A stretch of DNA of 62,486 nucleotides, taken from contig JACREE010000012.1 in NCBI GenBank assembly GCA_016218405.1, forward strand, positions 1 to 62,486. The letters run 5' to 3'. Origin of the DNA: Gammaproteobacteria bacterium (GTDB lineage: Bacteria > Pseudomonadota > Gammaproteobacteria > HIGHO2-12-38-15). The translations under genes and the position numbers were made by a program. Shown here piece by piece: positions 1 through 9,576 of the stretch. Below the pieces are notes generated by a model. The model saw only the letters and a program-made list of their open reading frames with translations, was not told the DNA's origin and did not search any database. The stretch's first letter is position 1; each line of letters opens with the position of its first letter.

Positions 1-60
1 CCAATAACGCATTTTATCGCTTTCTTTCAAACGCGTTTCTTTGTTTTCTTCGATGTTCAT
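1..60 (-). CDS. 5' end of an unidentified gene (MNIEENKETRLKESDKMRYW...), continues past the left edge
   Basis: ATG at 58-60 on the minus strand, open to the window edge. Too short to identify. Confidence 0.3.
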   Translation of the reverse strand, partial: MNIEENKETRLKESDKMRYW

Positions 61-137
61 TCTTATCCCCTGTTTCTAAAACAAAAAATAAGAATAATAC
101 ACTTGAAAAATATTAATAGAGGGGGTTTATTTGACGC

Positions 138-3071
138 TTACGTTTTAACTGCCTCTATTTTCATGCGTGTGGTGGTAGGCCCTTCTGGGTTGATAAAAAA
201 CGAAGTGGCATGTGTGCATTTCATTTTGATGGCCAGTGCTATTATTGAGAACAGAATTAAACCGGCTAGGAGGATGGCAATATTTAACAAGACGATGCCC
301 GCTCCGCGGTGTTGATCAATTGCTTCTTTACACGCTGGCATTGCGATTTTATTCAGGATCGCCATGCTCTCATCTAGTTGTTTATTTAGGTTAACGTCCG
401 TACGCTGATTAATATAGTCCTGAGCACAGCAAAGGTGAAACAGAAGGATATCTAAGTCTGATTTGATTTCAGTCAGATGGGGAATCACAGCGCTCTTATA
501 GCACCTGCCGTTTAAATCGTTAATTTGTTTTTTCAACGCCAAAAATTCATTTTTTAATTGGGGTAGATCTAAGAAGATTTTCTCATAAGCATTCTGTATT
601 TTTTTCTCCTTTGCTTTCTGCTCTTGCTTGCGCATAGCTGTAATATTGAGATCTCTTCGCAATGCGGCCATGTTCTCTGTTAATGTTTGGAATACTTCAG
701 GCGTTTTATAATGTGATTCCCCTAATATTTGTAAATATTCTTCAGGTGTTTGACCCGCCTTGTTTCTGATCTCAGCCCATTCAGGGAAAGACAAGCATTC
801 CCTCGTTAGGGCAGTCACTACCCCCGTGTCACCCATTTCTATTGCAAGGTGTAGCGGTGAATGACCGTTTGAGTGCAGTTGAGCTTTGAAACTGGCAATA
901 GATGTACTGTTTCCAAAGCGTCTCATGAATTGAAGCGCAAAGGCCGTTTGTCCAGCCCTAATCGCAATATGAAGTGGCGTCTCGCCCGCGTTGTTGGGCG
1001 CCCAAAAAAGGCTTAGTCGACTGTCGGAGGGAAATGGCAAACTCAGTACTGATGAATATAAAACTTCAAAACAAGGTAGATCTCCTAGTGCTGCCAACCG
1101 ATGCAAGAGACTGTTACACTTTGTATCCAGGACCGCAATCATTTTCAAATAAAGGCTAGATTTATAATCCGTAAAACAGCCATCTAGATAGTGGTCATTT
1201 GCTGCTTGAGCAACCATGTGTTCCAAGAGCAGATGCATTGCAATTTTGCCCGTCTTATCTTCTGCATTAAGTAATGTTTCAGTAAAAGCTATTTCTCGCC
1301 CAGCAAGCAATGCTTCAATGATTTCTTCCCTCACACCTGACGGAAAAGCTGCACAGGCATGATGTAAAATAGTCCGGCCCTGGCTATCTACATTCGCTAA
1401 CAAAAACGGCAATATATCGCTTTGGTGTATTTCCACCCACTGCGTTAAAAAATAAGACGTAAACTTACCCCACTTACCTCCGTGTCTTCCAGCGTAACCG
1501 ATGGAGTGAAAAGGCAACAAGCCTTGATTATCAGGATGTGACAGATTAACTCCGGCTCTCAATAAATCTGCCAGAGGTTTTTTTGATAATTGCAGACAGG
1601 CAAGATGCAAGGCATTGCGCCCATCAAGATCTGTTCGGTTGACATATTGATTGACATCGATTCCACGCTGCCGGGCAGCGTCGAGCAAGAGGGAAATGGC
1701 ATCCGCCGTTTCATACCTTTTCCCAGACATGGCACACCGATGGAAAGGCGTTCGACCTTTATTGTCTGTTGCCTCAATATCTGCCCCTGCCGTAAGTAAT
1801 GCGCGAATAGTTATTGTTGATGTGTCTTTATCAACAGCAAAATGTAAGGGTGTGCTACCCTCATGGTTGAACGCACTTACATCTGCCCCTGCTTCAAGCA
1901 ACTGGCGAATGATAATCGCTGACTTTTTCTTCCCCTTTTTACGAGCAAAAAAGTGTAGCGGGGTGTCACCGTGTGAATCTGGTTGATTTGCTCGTGCGCC
2001 CAAGCTGATTAAATAGGGAATTAATGCACTGCAAAAAGAGCGATCCATACAAGCATAGTGCAATGCTGTTTGTTTCATTTGTGCATTCAAGGCATTTATT
2101 TTTGCGCCATGCTCAAGCAGTGATGTGATGCCCCGTTTGTAGTTATGGATTACTGCGCTACAGAGCAGTGACTGATGATCTAAGCCCTGTACAACCAAAT
2201 CGATGTCGCCAGGCTCTGATTCTTGATCAAACTTCTTTAACAGAACCTCCAATGCTTCGTCATCTTTCAATTCTAAAGCCGCAAATAAACAATCATCAAG
2301 CTGCTCGTCTGTGATGCGATCAAACTGCCTGCACTGCACACGATCAAGAGGTGTTATTTTATAATCTGGTTCTTTGCTTAAGGCTAAGAAAACCGCATCT
2401 AACACCTCTTGCGCTGCCGGGTCTTTTTGCAAAATGGCTAAGGGCGATAACGGTGTATTTTCATGAGTGATCATTAAAATGGGGAAAAAAGATTTGATGG
2501 GCATTGCCTGCGATCTACTAAACAACCTCTGTATCCAATTTTCTGTTTGCTCTTCACGTTGCTTCTGCTGATGCGTCTCATCATATTTTTTTTGTTGCAA
2601 GCGATACATTTGAGTAATGTTGTTTGCTATACGTAGAATTTCTTCATGATTTCTTGCTACCGCCGCCGCATATAAGGTCATTATTTTTTGATGTGCCGTT
2701 TTATTGATAAAATTTGTAAAAGTGTTGGATTGAACAAGAACCCCATTAAATGGGAAATAATTGTTCGGCGGCAAACTGAAACGTATCTGATTAAAAGCTT
2801 CAGTAAAAGCACGATAATTCAAATCTGAGGGTGTTTCTAAGGCATATTTTTGATAGAGTCGTGTAACGACTTGTCTATCATTCACCATGCGATATCCAGC
2901 ACGCGAGACGCGGGCCATATTGGCCAGACTCTGCAGATCATGCTCGATTAAATAAGGGAGTAGGTGATTAATAAGAAAGTCTTCTAGCGCTGGCGCCTCT
3001 GGAAAATGGGTCATGATCAGCGGCGCACTATCCACATCCATCGGTAGGGTTGAAGTGCCTGGCATAGTCAA
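138..3071 (-). CDS. Eukaryotic-like F-box / multi-ankyrin-repeat protein with C-terminal coiled coil and one TM helix (candidate Dot/Icm effector)
   Basis: 977-aa ORF. The N-terminus LINHLLPYLIEHDLQSLANMARVSRAGYRMVNDRQV fits the F-box pattern. There are many G-TPLH-A..G...LL..GA ankyrin units (e.g. DSHGDTPLHFFARK, HEGSTPLHFAVDK, NKGRTPFHRCAMSG, NAGETPLHIAIRAG). The C-terminal hydrophobic stretch is GIVLLNIAILLAGLILFSIIALAI. Confidence 0.8.
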   Translation of the reverse strand: MTMPGTSTLPMDVDSAPLIMTHFPEAPALEDFLINHLLPYLIEHDLQSLANMARVSRAGYRMVNDRQVVTRLYQKYALETPSDLNYRAFTEAFNQIRFSLPPNNYFPFNGVLVQSNTFTNFINKTAHQKIMTLYAAAVARNHEEILRIANNITQMYRLQQKKYDETHQQKQREEQTENWIQRLFSRSQAMPIKSFFPILMITHENTPLSPLAILQKDPAAQEVLDAVFLALSKEPDYKITPLDRVQCRQFDRITDEQLDDCLFAALELKDDEALEVLLKKFDQESEPGDIDLVVQGLDHQSLLCSAVIHNYKRGITSLLEHGAKINALNAQMKQTALHYACMDRSFCSALIPYLISLGARANQPDSHGDTPLHFFARKKGKKKSAIIIRQLLEAGADVSAFNHEGSTPLHFAVDKDTSTITIRALLTAGADIEATDNKGRTPFHRCAMSGKRYETADAISLLLDAARQRGIDVNQYVNRTDLDGRNALHLACLQLSKKPLADLLRAGVNLSHPDNQGLLPFHSIGYAGRHGGKWGKFTSYFLTQWVEIHQSDILPFLLANVDSQGRTILHHACAAFPSGVREEIIEALLAGREIAFTETLLNAEDKTGKIAMHLLLEHMVAQAANDHYLDGCFTDYKSSLYLKMIAVLDTKCNSLLHRLAALGDLPCFEVLYSSVLSLPFPSDSRLSLFWAPNNAGETPLHIAIRAGQTAFALQFMRRFGNSTSIASFKAQLHSNGHSPLHLAIEMGDTGVVTALTRECLSFPEWAEIRNKAGQTPEEYLQILGESHYKTPEVFQTLTENMAALRRDLNITAMRKQEQKAKEKKIQNAYEKIFLDLPQLKNEFLALKKQINDLNGRCYKSAVIPHLTEIKSDLDILLFHLCCAQDYINQRTDVNLNKQLDESMAILNKIAMPACKEAIDQHRGAGIVLLNIAILLAGLILFSIIALAIKMKCTHATSFFINPEGPTTTRMKIEAVKT

Positions 3072-3171
3072 TATCCTCGCTATTTTCTGCTCCTGTCTGA
3101 CTGATGGCTTTAAAGTACCATTTTCGGATTAAGAGACTATTATGCAGGTCATTCGTTGGACTATATTTGTA

Positions 3172-3263
3172 TTTTAGCCAAAAATTGGCTGAAACAACCC
3201 TGGTGTTTTAGCCAAAAAATGGCTTAAACACCCTTGTGTTTTAGCCAAAAAATGGCTAAAGTA
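3172..3263. repeat. Three tandem ~33-bp repeats, each holding the palindrome TTAGCCA-N5/6-TGGCTAA
   Basis: Copies at 3172-3205, 3206-3238 and 3239-3263 (partial). They lie in the divergent intergenic region between the F-box gene and the AAA ATPase gene, ending 29 nt before the ATPase ATG. Confidence 0.85.
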
Positions 3264-3291
3264 TCTATTTTAATGAGGGGTTGGAGGGTTT

Positions 3292-4623
3292 ATGCGTCGA
3301 GATATTGAGTTTGAACTAATGCGATGGAAAGACCAAAAAATGCCAATGCCGTTATTGTTGAGGGGCGCGAGACAGGTAGGAAAAACATATATTATAGAAA
3401 AATTTGGGCAAGAACATTTTGAAAAAATTGTTACTATAAATTTTGAATTGCAACCTGAAATGACTCGCTGCTTTGAAAAGCTTGAGCCCACTGAAATTTT
3501 AAATACCATTTTTTTGCTTACCCAACAAAAAATTGTGCCACAAAAAACCTTACTATTTTTAGACGAAATTCAGGATTGCCCTAATGCTATTCGAGCCTTG
3601 AGATACTTTAAAGAAAAACTACCTCAGCAACACGTCATTGCTGCAGGATCGCTGCTCGAATTTACTCTCAATGACGCTGGTTTTAGTATGCCTGTCGGAA
3701 GAGTGCAATCATTGTATTTGAAGCCTCTTTCATTTAAAGAGTATTTGGTCGCTAGAGGGGATGCGCCTTTACGTAAATTGATAGAAAGTATAGATTTAAG
3801 CATCCCTATAGAAGAAGTTGTTCATGAACGTTTGCTAAAATTGGTGCGGGAATATATGGTGCTAGGAGGTATGCCCGCTACCCTTCAATATTATTTTGAT
3901 AACCGAGATTTGAGTGGGTTTCAATATATTCAGAATGGATTACTCAACACATATCGGCAAGATTTTGGGAAATATGCAAAAAAATCAGAATATCAATATT
4001 TGCAAAAACTTTTTGAAAAAATTCCTGGATTAGTAGGGGAAAATTTCAAGTATTCTAGAGTAGACCCAGACATGAGGTCGCGCGATATTAAAGATGCTTT
4101 ATACATGTTGAAAAATGCGGGACTGATATACTCTGTTTATGCTACTGCTGCAAGTGGATTACCTCTGGCGAGCTTGGTCAATGAAAAAAAATTTAAAATT
4201 TTATTTCTTGATGTAGGGTTAATGACACGTGTGGGTAAGTTAGAATCAGAGGTATTGTTAAACGAAAATATATTTTTGGTAAATCGCGGTGTATTGTCTG
4301 AGCAGTTTGTGGGGCAAGAGCTGTTAGCCTATATGCCTCATTTTGAAGAAGGGAGCCTATATTTTTGGTTGCGTGAAAAAAAATCTAGCATGGCAGAAGT
4401 AGATTTTGTTTCAACGGTTGGGGCCAATATTATTCCTATTGAAGTTAAAGCTGGTACCACGGGTACCTTAAAATCTTTGAAATTGTTTATTGAAGAAAAA
4501 AATATAAAATTTGGTGTGCGTATTTCACAGCAACCCTTAAGCTATATAGATAAAGTTTTATCGATGCCGCTCTACATGGTTGGAGAGATAGCCAGAATGG
4601 TTACACCTCTTATACGAATCTAA
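3292..4623 (+). CDS. AAA+ ATPase of the AAA_14/DUF4143 (COG1373) type
   Basis: 443-aa ORF. Walker A is LLRGARQVGKT and Walker B-like is LLFLDEIQ. Size and layout are typical of DUF4143 ATPases. RBS GGAGGG lies upstream. Confidence 0.7.
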   Translation: MRRDIEFELMRWKDQKMPMPLLLRGARQVGKTYIIEKFGQEHFEKIVTINFELQPEMTRCFEKLEPTEILNTIFLLTQQKIVPQKTLLFLDEIQDCPNAIRALRYFKEKLPQQHVIAAGSLLEFTLNDAGFSMPVGRVQSLYLKPLSFKEYLVARGDAPLRKLIESIDLSIPIEEVVHERLLKLVREYMVLGGMPATLQYYFDNRDLSGFQYIQNGLLNTYRQDFGKYAKKSEYQYLQKLFEKIPGLVGENFKYSRVDPDMRSRDIKDALYMLKNAGLIYSVYATAASGLPLASLVNEKKFKILFLDVGLMTRVGKLESEVLLNENIFLVNRGVLSEQFVGQELLAYMPHFEEGSLYFWLREKKSSMAEVDFVSTVGANIIPIEVKAGTTGTLKSLKLFIEEKNIKFGVRISQQPLSYIDKVLSMPLYMVGEIARMVTPLIRI

Positions 4624-4674
4624 ATAGGGCGAGCAGGGTAGGCACGCTGGCTGCGCCAATTAACAGTTTTTGGC

Positions 4675-5262
4675 TCAGTCTAGCGAAACGTCAACAGGCT
4701 CTAGATTTTTATACTTAATAGTAAAAATTTCCTTTTTAGAGTTTCCTTCTTCATCGATGTCATAGTTGAGCTGAATTTTGTTATCAGTAAGAAATTTTAC
4801 TTCGGCAGAGATATCTGCCCCCTGATAGAATTGACGCTCGATTTTGATTATTTTTCCATGGCTATTAAATAATCTAATGATGTTAAGCGTGTTATCTGTT
4901 TTATCTTTCCGATCTGGGAGTACAACAATTCCTTTGGCAGGGTTAATAGCCAGCACGTCATAGAGTGGATTACTTTTTTCTCCGGTTTTAAAATTAACGA
5001 AAATTGAATAACTACAATTATTACCACATCCTAGGATAGCAACGCCTAAGTCATTATTATAATGCTTAAAGGCTGTTCTTGATTTGTAATTCTCAGTCCA
5101 GCCTTCAGAGGCCAATATTTTTTTTCCATTATTTAATATTGCGTAGAGGTTGCAGTTATTGTCTGAACATGACCATTGAAATTTCTCAAAAGAGAATGAG
5201 GTGGAAGTGATAAAAAGAAGTATGAGAAAGCTGACTAAATTTGTTATTTTTTTTTGTTTCAT
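4675..5262 (-). CDS. Secreted/periplasmic protein of unknown function; putative immunity partner of the upstream Hcp-hydrolase
   Basis: 195 aa with an N-terminal signal peptide (MKQKKITNLVSFLILLFITSTSFSF). Its start overlaps the upstream stop by 4 bp (ATGA). It has several Cys pairs. Confidence 0.6.
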   Translation of the reverse strand: MKQKKITNLVSFLILLFITSTSFSFEKFQWSCSDNNCNLYAILNNGKKILASEGWTENYKSRTAFKHYNNDLGVAILGCGNNCSYSIFVNFKTGEKSNPLYDVLAINPAKGIVVLPDRKDKTDNTLNIIRLFNSHGKIIKIERQFYQGADISAEVKFLTDNKIQLNYDIDEEGNSKKEIFTIKYKNLEPVDVSLD

Positions 5263-6284
5263 CGGTTATCCCTTGGAGATACTTTTTTTAAAAAGCGAAA
5301 ATCATCGTTAACCTGTAGTCTTGGGATATTAACATCGACCAACTCATGCCTGCTTTTCCCTCTTAGTACCCAGCCTGGAATAACAGAGGTATATTTCTCT
5401 GGGTTTTTATCATGTCCATTTTTCTGAGCGTTGGGACTGTAGTAATGATCTGCATCTGTTGTTAACTTATTGTCGTAGTAAATAGGCTTTAATAAGGTAA
5501 TCATTCTATCAAGGTGGGGTGGTTTAGATGTGTTTTGGTTTGATAAATAATGCCAAGCTATGCGAAATGTTTTATTCTTCGAACCATATGCTTCGTACCA
5601 ACTGGGTTGAGTGATAACTTCATCTGTTGAGCTGCAAATAAGTGTATGTCCTTTTTCACCGCATCGGAAATATTTACTATTTACGCGATTTATTATTGAT
5701 GAAGCAACGGCTTGCCATGCTGCTTCACTTTGGCCAGCTGCTTCGCCGTAGACGGTTGCCACAAATAACTTAAATCCCTCATCTGAACGTTTAGTGAGCT
5801 GGCGTTTTAATTGTGCAGCATGACTGGGCTTCGATCCTGTTTGTACTTTGGCAGAGATGGGTCCTGGGAGACCTTGTTCGTTTGAAAAATAACGGATTTC
5901 AAGATGTGTAAAATTGAAGGCAAGAGCTTCAATGGGTTGATCGTCGCTGATGGCAAAGAAATCATATTCACTGACTAACACATTTTCTAATTTGTATTGG
6001 ATGAGAGGCATATTTGTGGCAGTGACAACATCAATTGTTACTTCAGGTATTGCTTTTCCAGTGCAGGCTTCGCTGAAGAAAAAAGGAGAGGTCCTGTCGG
6101 CATCTTTGAAAAGATGTATTTCGTGCGCCTGTATGTGAGAAAAAATCCGGTTTGAAGTATTGTCGGGGGAGGCGAGAGCCTCTCTTTCAGCAGAGAAGGT
6201 TAATCCAGTTGCTTCGATCCAACCTTCGTAGCCTTTGGCTGTGACATTTCCTTTTTGATTGGGTACGTGCAGGTAGATAGTCAT
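5259..6284 (-). CDS. Hcp (T6SS tube protein)-like N-terminal domain fused to a SleB/CwlJ-type cell-wall hydrolase domain
   Basis: 341 aa. Residues 1-150 parallel Hcp1: IYLHV..KGNVTAKGYEGWIEATGLTFS; LFKDADRTSPFFFSEACTGKAIPEVTIDV; IQYKLENVLVSEY; ALAFNFTHLEIRY. The C-terminal half has the Hydrolase_2 signature VATVYGEAAGQSEAAWQAVASSIINRV. Confidence 0.7.
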   Translation of the reverse strand: MTIYLHVPNQKGNVTAKGYEGWIEATGLTFSAEREALASPDNTSNRIFSHIQAHEIHLFKDADRTSPFFFSEACTGKAIPEVTIDVVTATNMPLIQYKLENVLVSEYDFFAISDDQPIEALAFNFTHLEIRYFSNEQGLPGPISAKVQTGSKPSHAAQLKRQLTKRSDEGFKLFVATVYGEAAGQSEAAWQAVASSIINRVNSKYFRCGEKGHTLICSSTDEVITQPSWYEAYGSKNKTFRIAWHYLSNQNTSKPPHLDRMITLLKPIYYDNKLTTDADHYYSPNAQKNGHDKNPEKYTSVIPGWVLRGKSRHELVDVNIPRLQVNDDFRFLKKVSPRDNR

Positions 6285-6428
6285 GATTCCCCGCGGGATT
6301 TATTATTTAAGTTTGTCCGTCGTCGCCCTGCGGGCTATGGCGTGATCATCCGCCTAAAGTGCTGAATATCCTCCTGAGGAGTCGATGTTTTTCTAGCCGC
6401 TCAAACACTGTAGGGCAGCGAAGGCGGA

Positions 6429-6505
<77 letters not shown>

Positions 6506-6565
6506 GAAAGTCTAACGATTTGCGCCTGAGATTGTAACGAATTCTCGTTAAAAATAAAATATCAA

Positions 6566-8479
6566 TCAAGTGCTGTCTTCGCCGTTTTCTTCTAAGAAAC
6601 TACGCAAGAGCTCGGCGCGACTAGGATGGCGCATTTTCCTTAACGCTTTTGCTTCGATTTGACGAATACGCTCACGCGTGACATCAAACTGTTTGCCCAC
6701 TTCCTCCAAGGTATGATCTGTGTTCATGTCGATACCAAAGCGCATGCGCAATACTTTTGCTTCGCGTGCAGTGAGACTTGTTAACACTTGTTTGGTTGCT
6801 TCTCGCAAGCCTTCATTAATAGCAGAGTCAAGCGGGGAGAACATGGAGGTATCTTCAATGAAATCACCCAAGTGTGAATCTTCATCATCCCCAATGGGGG
6901 TTTCCATGGAAATAGGTTCTTTCGCTATTTTCAAAATCTTTCTGACTTTGTCTTCAGGTAATTCCATTTTAATGGAAAGCAATTCAGGTGTAGGTTCTTG
7001 GCCTGTTTCTTGCAGAATTTGCCGTGAAATACGATTCAGCTTGTTGATGGTTTCAATCATGTGTACAGGAATACGAATAGTCCGTGCTTGATCGGCGATA
7101 GAGCGGGTGATGGCTTGTCGTATCCACCAAGTGGCGTAAGTCGAAAATTTGTAACCACGACGGTATTCAAATTTGTCGACAGCCTTCATCAAACCGATGT
7201 TGCCTTCTTGGATAAGATCAAGGAATTGCAATCCTCGGTTTGTATATTTCTTTGCGATGGAAATAACTAAACGAAGGTTGGCTTCTACCATTTCTTTTTT
7301 GGCGCGACGCGCCTTCGTTTCACCCACGGAAATTTGTCTGTTTAACTCTTTTATTTCTAAAATAGTTAAGTGGGTGCGATCTTCAATGGAGTGTAGCTTC
7401 TTCTGTGCGCGTATAATGTCTTCTTCGTAGGTTTTGAGTTTGTTTGCAAAATCTTTTTTAAGAGAAGTTTGGGTTTTAATCCAATTTAAATCAGACTCAT
7501 GCCCTGGGAAAGTCGTGATGAAATGCTTGCGTGGCATTTTGGCTTTGTTGATGCACAAGGTCATGATGGTTTTTTCACAGTCACGCACTTGTTCTAGCAT
7601 GCCTCGCATTTTCTTCAAAAGGCGTTCGTATTGGCGTGGAACAAGTTTGAATTCCATAAACGCATTAGCCAATAAATCTTTTTGCGTCGCCGCTTTTTTA
7701 TGAGCTCGTCCATGTTTTTTCTCAAGTGCGACGGTAGCTTCATATAATTCACGAAGATGGCCAAATTTTTCTTGGCACAAGAGAGGATCGGGTCCGCCTT
7801 CTATGCCCCCGTCAGAATCGCCGCCTTCTTCATCTGATTCTTCATCCACCACAGCCGCCGCAGCAGCAGGTGTGTCTTCATCTTCTTCAGGTAGATTAGG
7901 ATCCACTTCGGGCAGTTCAGCCAGATTTTCAGGGAAAGATTCTTCAGGAATAAAGCCATTGATAATTTCATTAAGTCGGAATTCTTCTACTTTTGTTCGA
8001 TCATACTCTCTTAATATGTCAGCGATATTTTCAGAGTATTGGGCAAGTGCCATCATGACTTGCTTCATGCCTTCTTCAATGCGTTTGGCAATGGCAATTT
8101 CACCATGACGCGTGAGAAGTTCTACTGTGCCCATTTCTCGCATGTACATGCGGACAGGATCAGTCGTGCGTCCAAATTCGTCGCTCACCGCAGCTAAAAC
8201 AGTGGCGGCTTCTTCGACGTCTTCTTCGTCTGCTTCTTCAACAGGGCTCGTCATGTCTTCAGACAATGCAAGCGCCTCTGCTTCTACAACAGATTCATAG
8301 ACAGGAATGTTCATCTCACGTAGCATCTTGGCGACGTCTTTTACGACCTCTTCCATCTGATCCGCACTGATGTGGCTAGGAAGGTGATCATAGATATCTG
8401 CGAAAGTGAGATAGCCTTGCTCTTTGCCGTTTGCAATAAGCTGTTTTAACTGTAAACGTTGATCTTCAATATCGCTCAT
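6566..8479 (-). CDS. rpoD: RNA polymerase sigma-70 factor RpoD
   Basis: 637 aa with an acidic region 1 and conserved regions 2-4 ([88 protein letters not shown]). Confidence 0.98.
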   Translation of the reverse strand: MSDIEDQRLQLKQLIANGKEQGYLTFADIYDHLPSHISADQMEEVVKDVAKMLREMNIPVYESVVEAEALALSEDMTSPVEEADEEDVEEAATVLAAVSDEFGRTTDPVRMYMREMGTVELLTRHGEIAIAKRIEEGMKQVMMALAQYSENIADILREYDRTKVEEFRLNEIINGFIPEESFPENLAELPEVDPNLPEEDEDTPAAAAAVVDEESDEEGGDSDGGIEGGPDPLLCQEKFGHLRELYEATVALEKKHGRAHKKAATQKDLLANAFMEFKLVPRQYERLLKKMRGMLEQVRDCEKTIMTLCINKAKMPRKHFITTFPGHESDLNWIKTQTSLKKDFANKLKTYEEDIIRAQKKLHSIEDRTHLTILEIKELNRQISVGETKARRAKKEMVEANLRLVISIAKKYTNRGLQFLDLIQEGNIGLMKAVDKFEYRRGYKFSTYATWWIRQAITRSIADQARTIRIPVHMIETINKLNRISRQILQETGQEPTPELLSIKMELPEDKVRKILKIAKEPISMETPIGDDEDSHLGDFIEDTSMFSPLDSAINEGLREATKQVLTSLTAREAKVLRMRFGIDMNTDHTLEEVGKQFDVTRERIRQIEAKALRKMRHPSRAELLRSFLEENGEDST

Positions 8480-8691
8480 AATGTTTATTTTTAAAGTGGA
8501 GGATGGAGGAGGGACGATATACCCTTTGTCATCATTTTAGTCTCATAAAAAGAGAGGGGCACAAGGGGTATAGATAAAATATTCGGCCATTATAATCAGA
8601 TTCTTCAGAATTAGCTAATACTTACGGGTTATGCTATTTCTAACGGGCCATTAGGGTCTATACCTGAAACCAAAGAAAGAATAGGGGTTGT

Positions 8692-9576
8692 ATGAGTTGG
8701 TTTAAAAAACTGCTTCCATCCATGATTCGCACTGAAGCTTCACAAAAAAAAGAAATCCCCGAAGGGATCTGGGCGAAGTGTGAGGGCTGCCAAGCAGTTC
8801 TCTATCGTGCTGAATTAACTAGGAATTTAGAGGTTTGTCCGAAGTGTGATCACCATCACCGTGTGAATGCTCGTTACCGTCTCCAGCATTTTTTAGACGA
8901 AACTTCTTATGAAGAATTAGGAGCACATTTAGAACCTGAAGATAAGCTGAAGTTTCGTGACACGAAAAAATACAAAGATCGCCTACTTTCTGCTCAAAAA
9001 TCAACCAAAGAAAAAGATGCCTTGATTGCTTATTCGGGTCAATTATATACCTTGCCTGTGGTGGCGGTGGCTTTTGAATTTGGCTTCATGGGGGGATCCA
9101 TGGGGAATGTGGTAGGAGAGCGCTTCGTTCTTGCCGTAAATCATGCTATTGAGCATTTTTGCCCCCTGATTTGTTTCTCAGCCAGTGGGGGGGCGAGAAT
9201 GCAAGAAGCCCTTGTTTCATTGATGCAAATGGCTAAGACCAGCGCAGCATTGGCGAAGCTTTCTAAAGCGCGGTTACCCTATGTTTCTGTTTTAACTGAT
9301 CCCACCATGGGGGGCGTATCTGCCAGTTTAGCCATGTTGGGGGATATTATTGTGGCTGAACCCAAAGCCTTGATTGGTTTTGCAGGTCCGCGGGTGATTG
9401 AACAAACCGTCAGACAAACGCTGCCAGAAGGATTTCAGCGCAGTGAGTTTTTATTAACGCACGGCGCTATTGATCAAGTGATTGATCGGCGTGCTTTGCG
9501 TCTGAGTATCGCGAAGTTACTCGCAAAACTGATGAAACAATCTGCACCTCAAGAAGCAGAGAGTAAAGGAAATTAA
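8692..9576 (+). CDS. accD: Acetyl-CoA carboxylase carboxyltransferase beta subunit
   Basis: 294 aa with an N-terminal Zn-ribbon (CEGCQAVLY...CPKCDHH) and a carboxyltransferase core. Sits in accD-folC synteny. Confidence 0.95.
   Translation: MSWFKKLLPSMIRTEASQKKEIPEGIWAKCEGCQAVLYRAELTRNLEVCPKCDHHHRVNARYRLQHFLDETSYEELGAHLEPEDKLKFRDTKKYKDRLLSAQKSTKEKDALIAYSGQLYTLPVVAVAFEFGFMGGSMGNVVGERFVLAVNHAIEHFCPLICFSASGGARMQEALVSLMQMAKTSAALAKLSKARLPYVSVLTDPTMGGVSASLAMLGDIIVAEPKALIGFAGPRVIEQTVRQTLPEGFQRSEFLLTHGAIDQVIDRRALRLSIAKLLAKLMKQSAPQEAESKGN

Noticed and set aside
103-315. 70-aa plus-strand ORF overlapping the 3' end of the F-box/ankyrin gene
   Set aside because: It lies antisense to the TM-helix-coding end of a well-supported 977-aa ORF, and I recognise no motif.
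3172-3263. Possibility that the 33-bp tandem repeats are a mini-CRISPR array
   Set aside because: The repeats are directly adjacent with no unique spacers. There are only about 2.7 copies, and no cas genes are in the window.
6509-6565. TAACGA-attc-TCGTTA hairpin downstream of rpoD as a terminator
   Set aside because: The stem is only 6 bp and AT-rich. On the rpoD strand it is not followed by a U-tract.
6720-8300. Several 60-120-aa plus-strand ORFs inside rpoD (6720-7091, 7061-7270, 7173-7430, 7434-7703, 7803-8108, 8112-8300)
   Set aside because: They are antisense shadow ORFs of a strongly conserved gene. They have low-complexity Ser/Ala-rich translations and no RBS.
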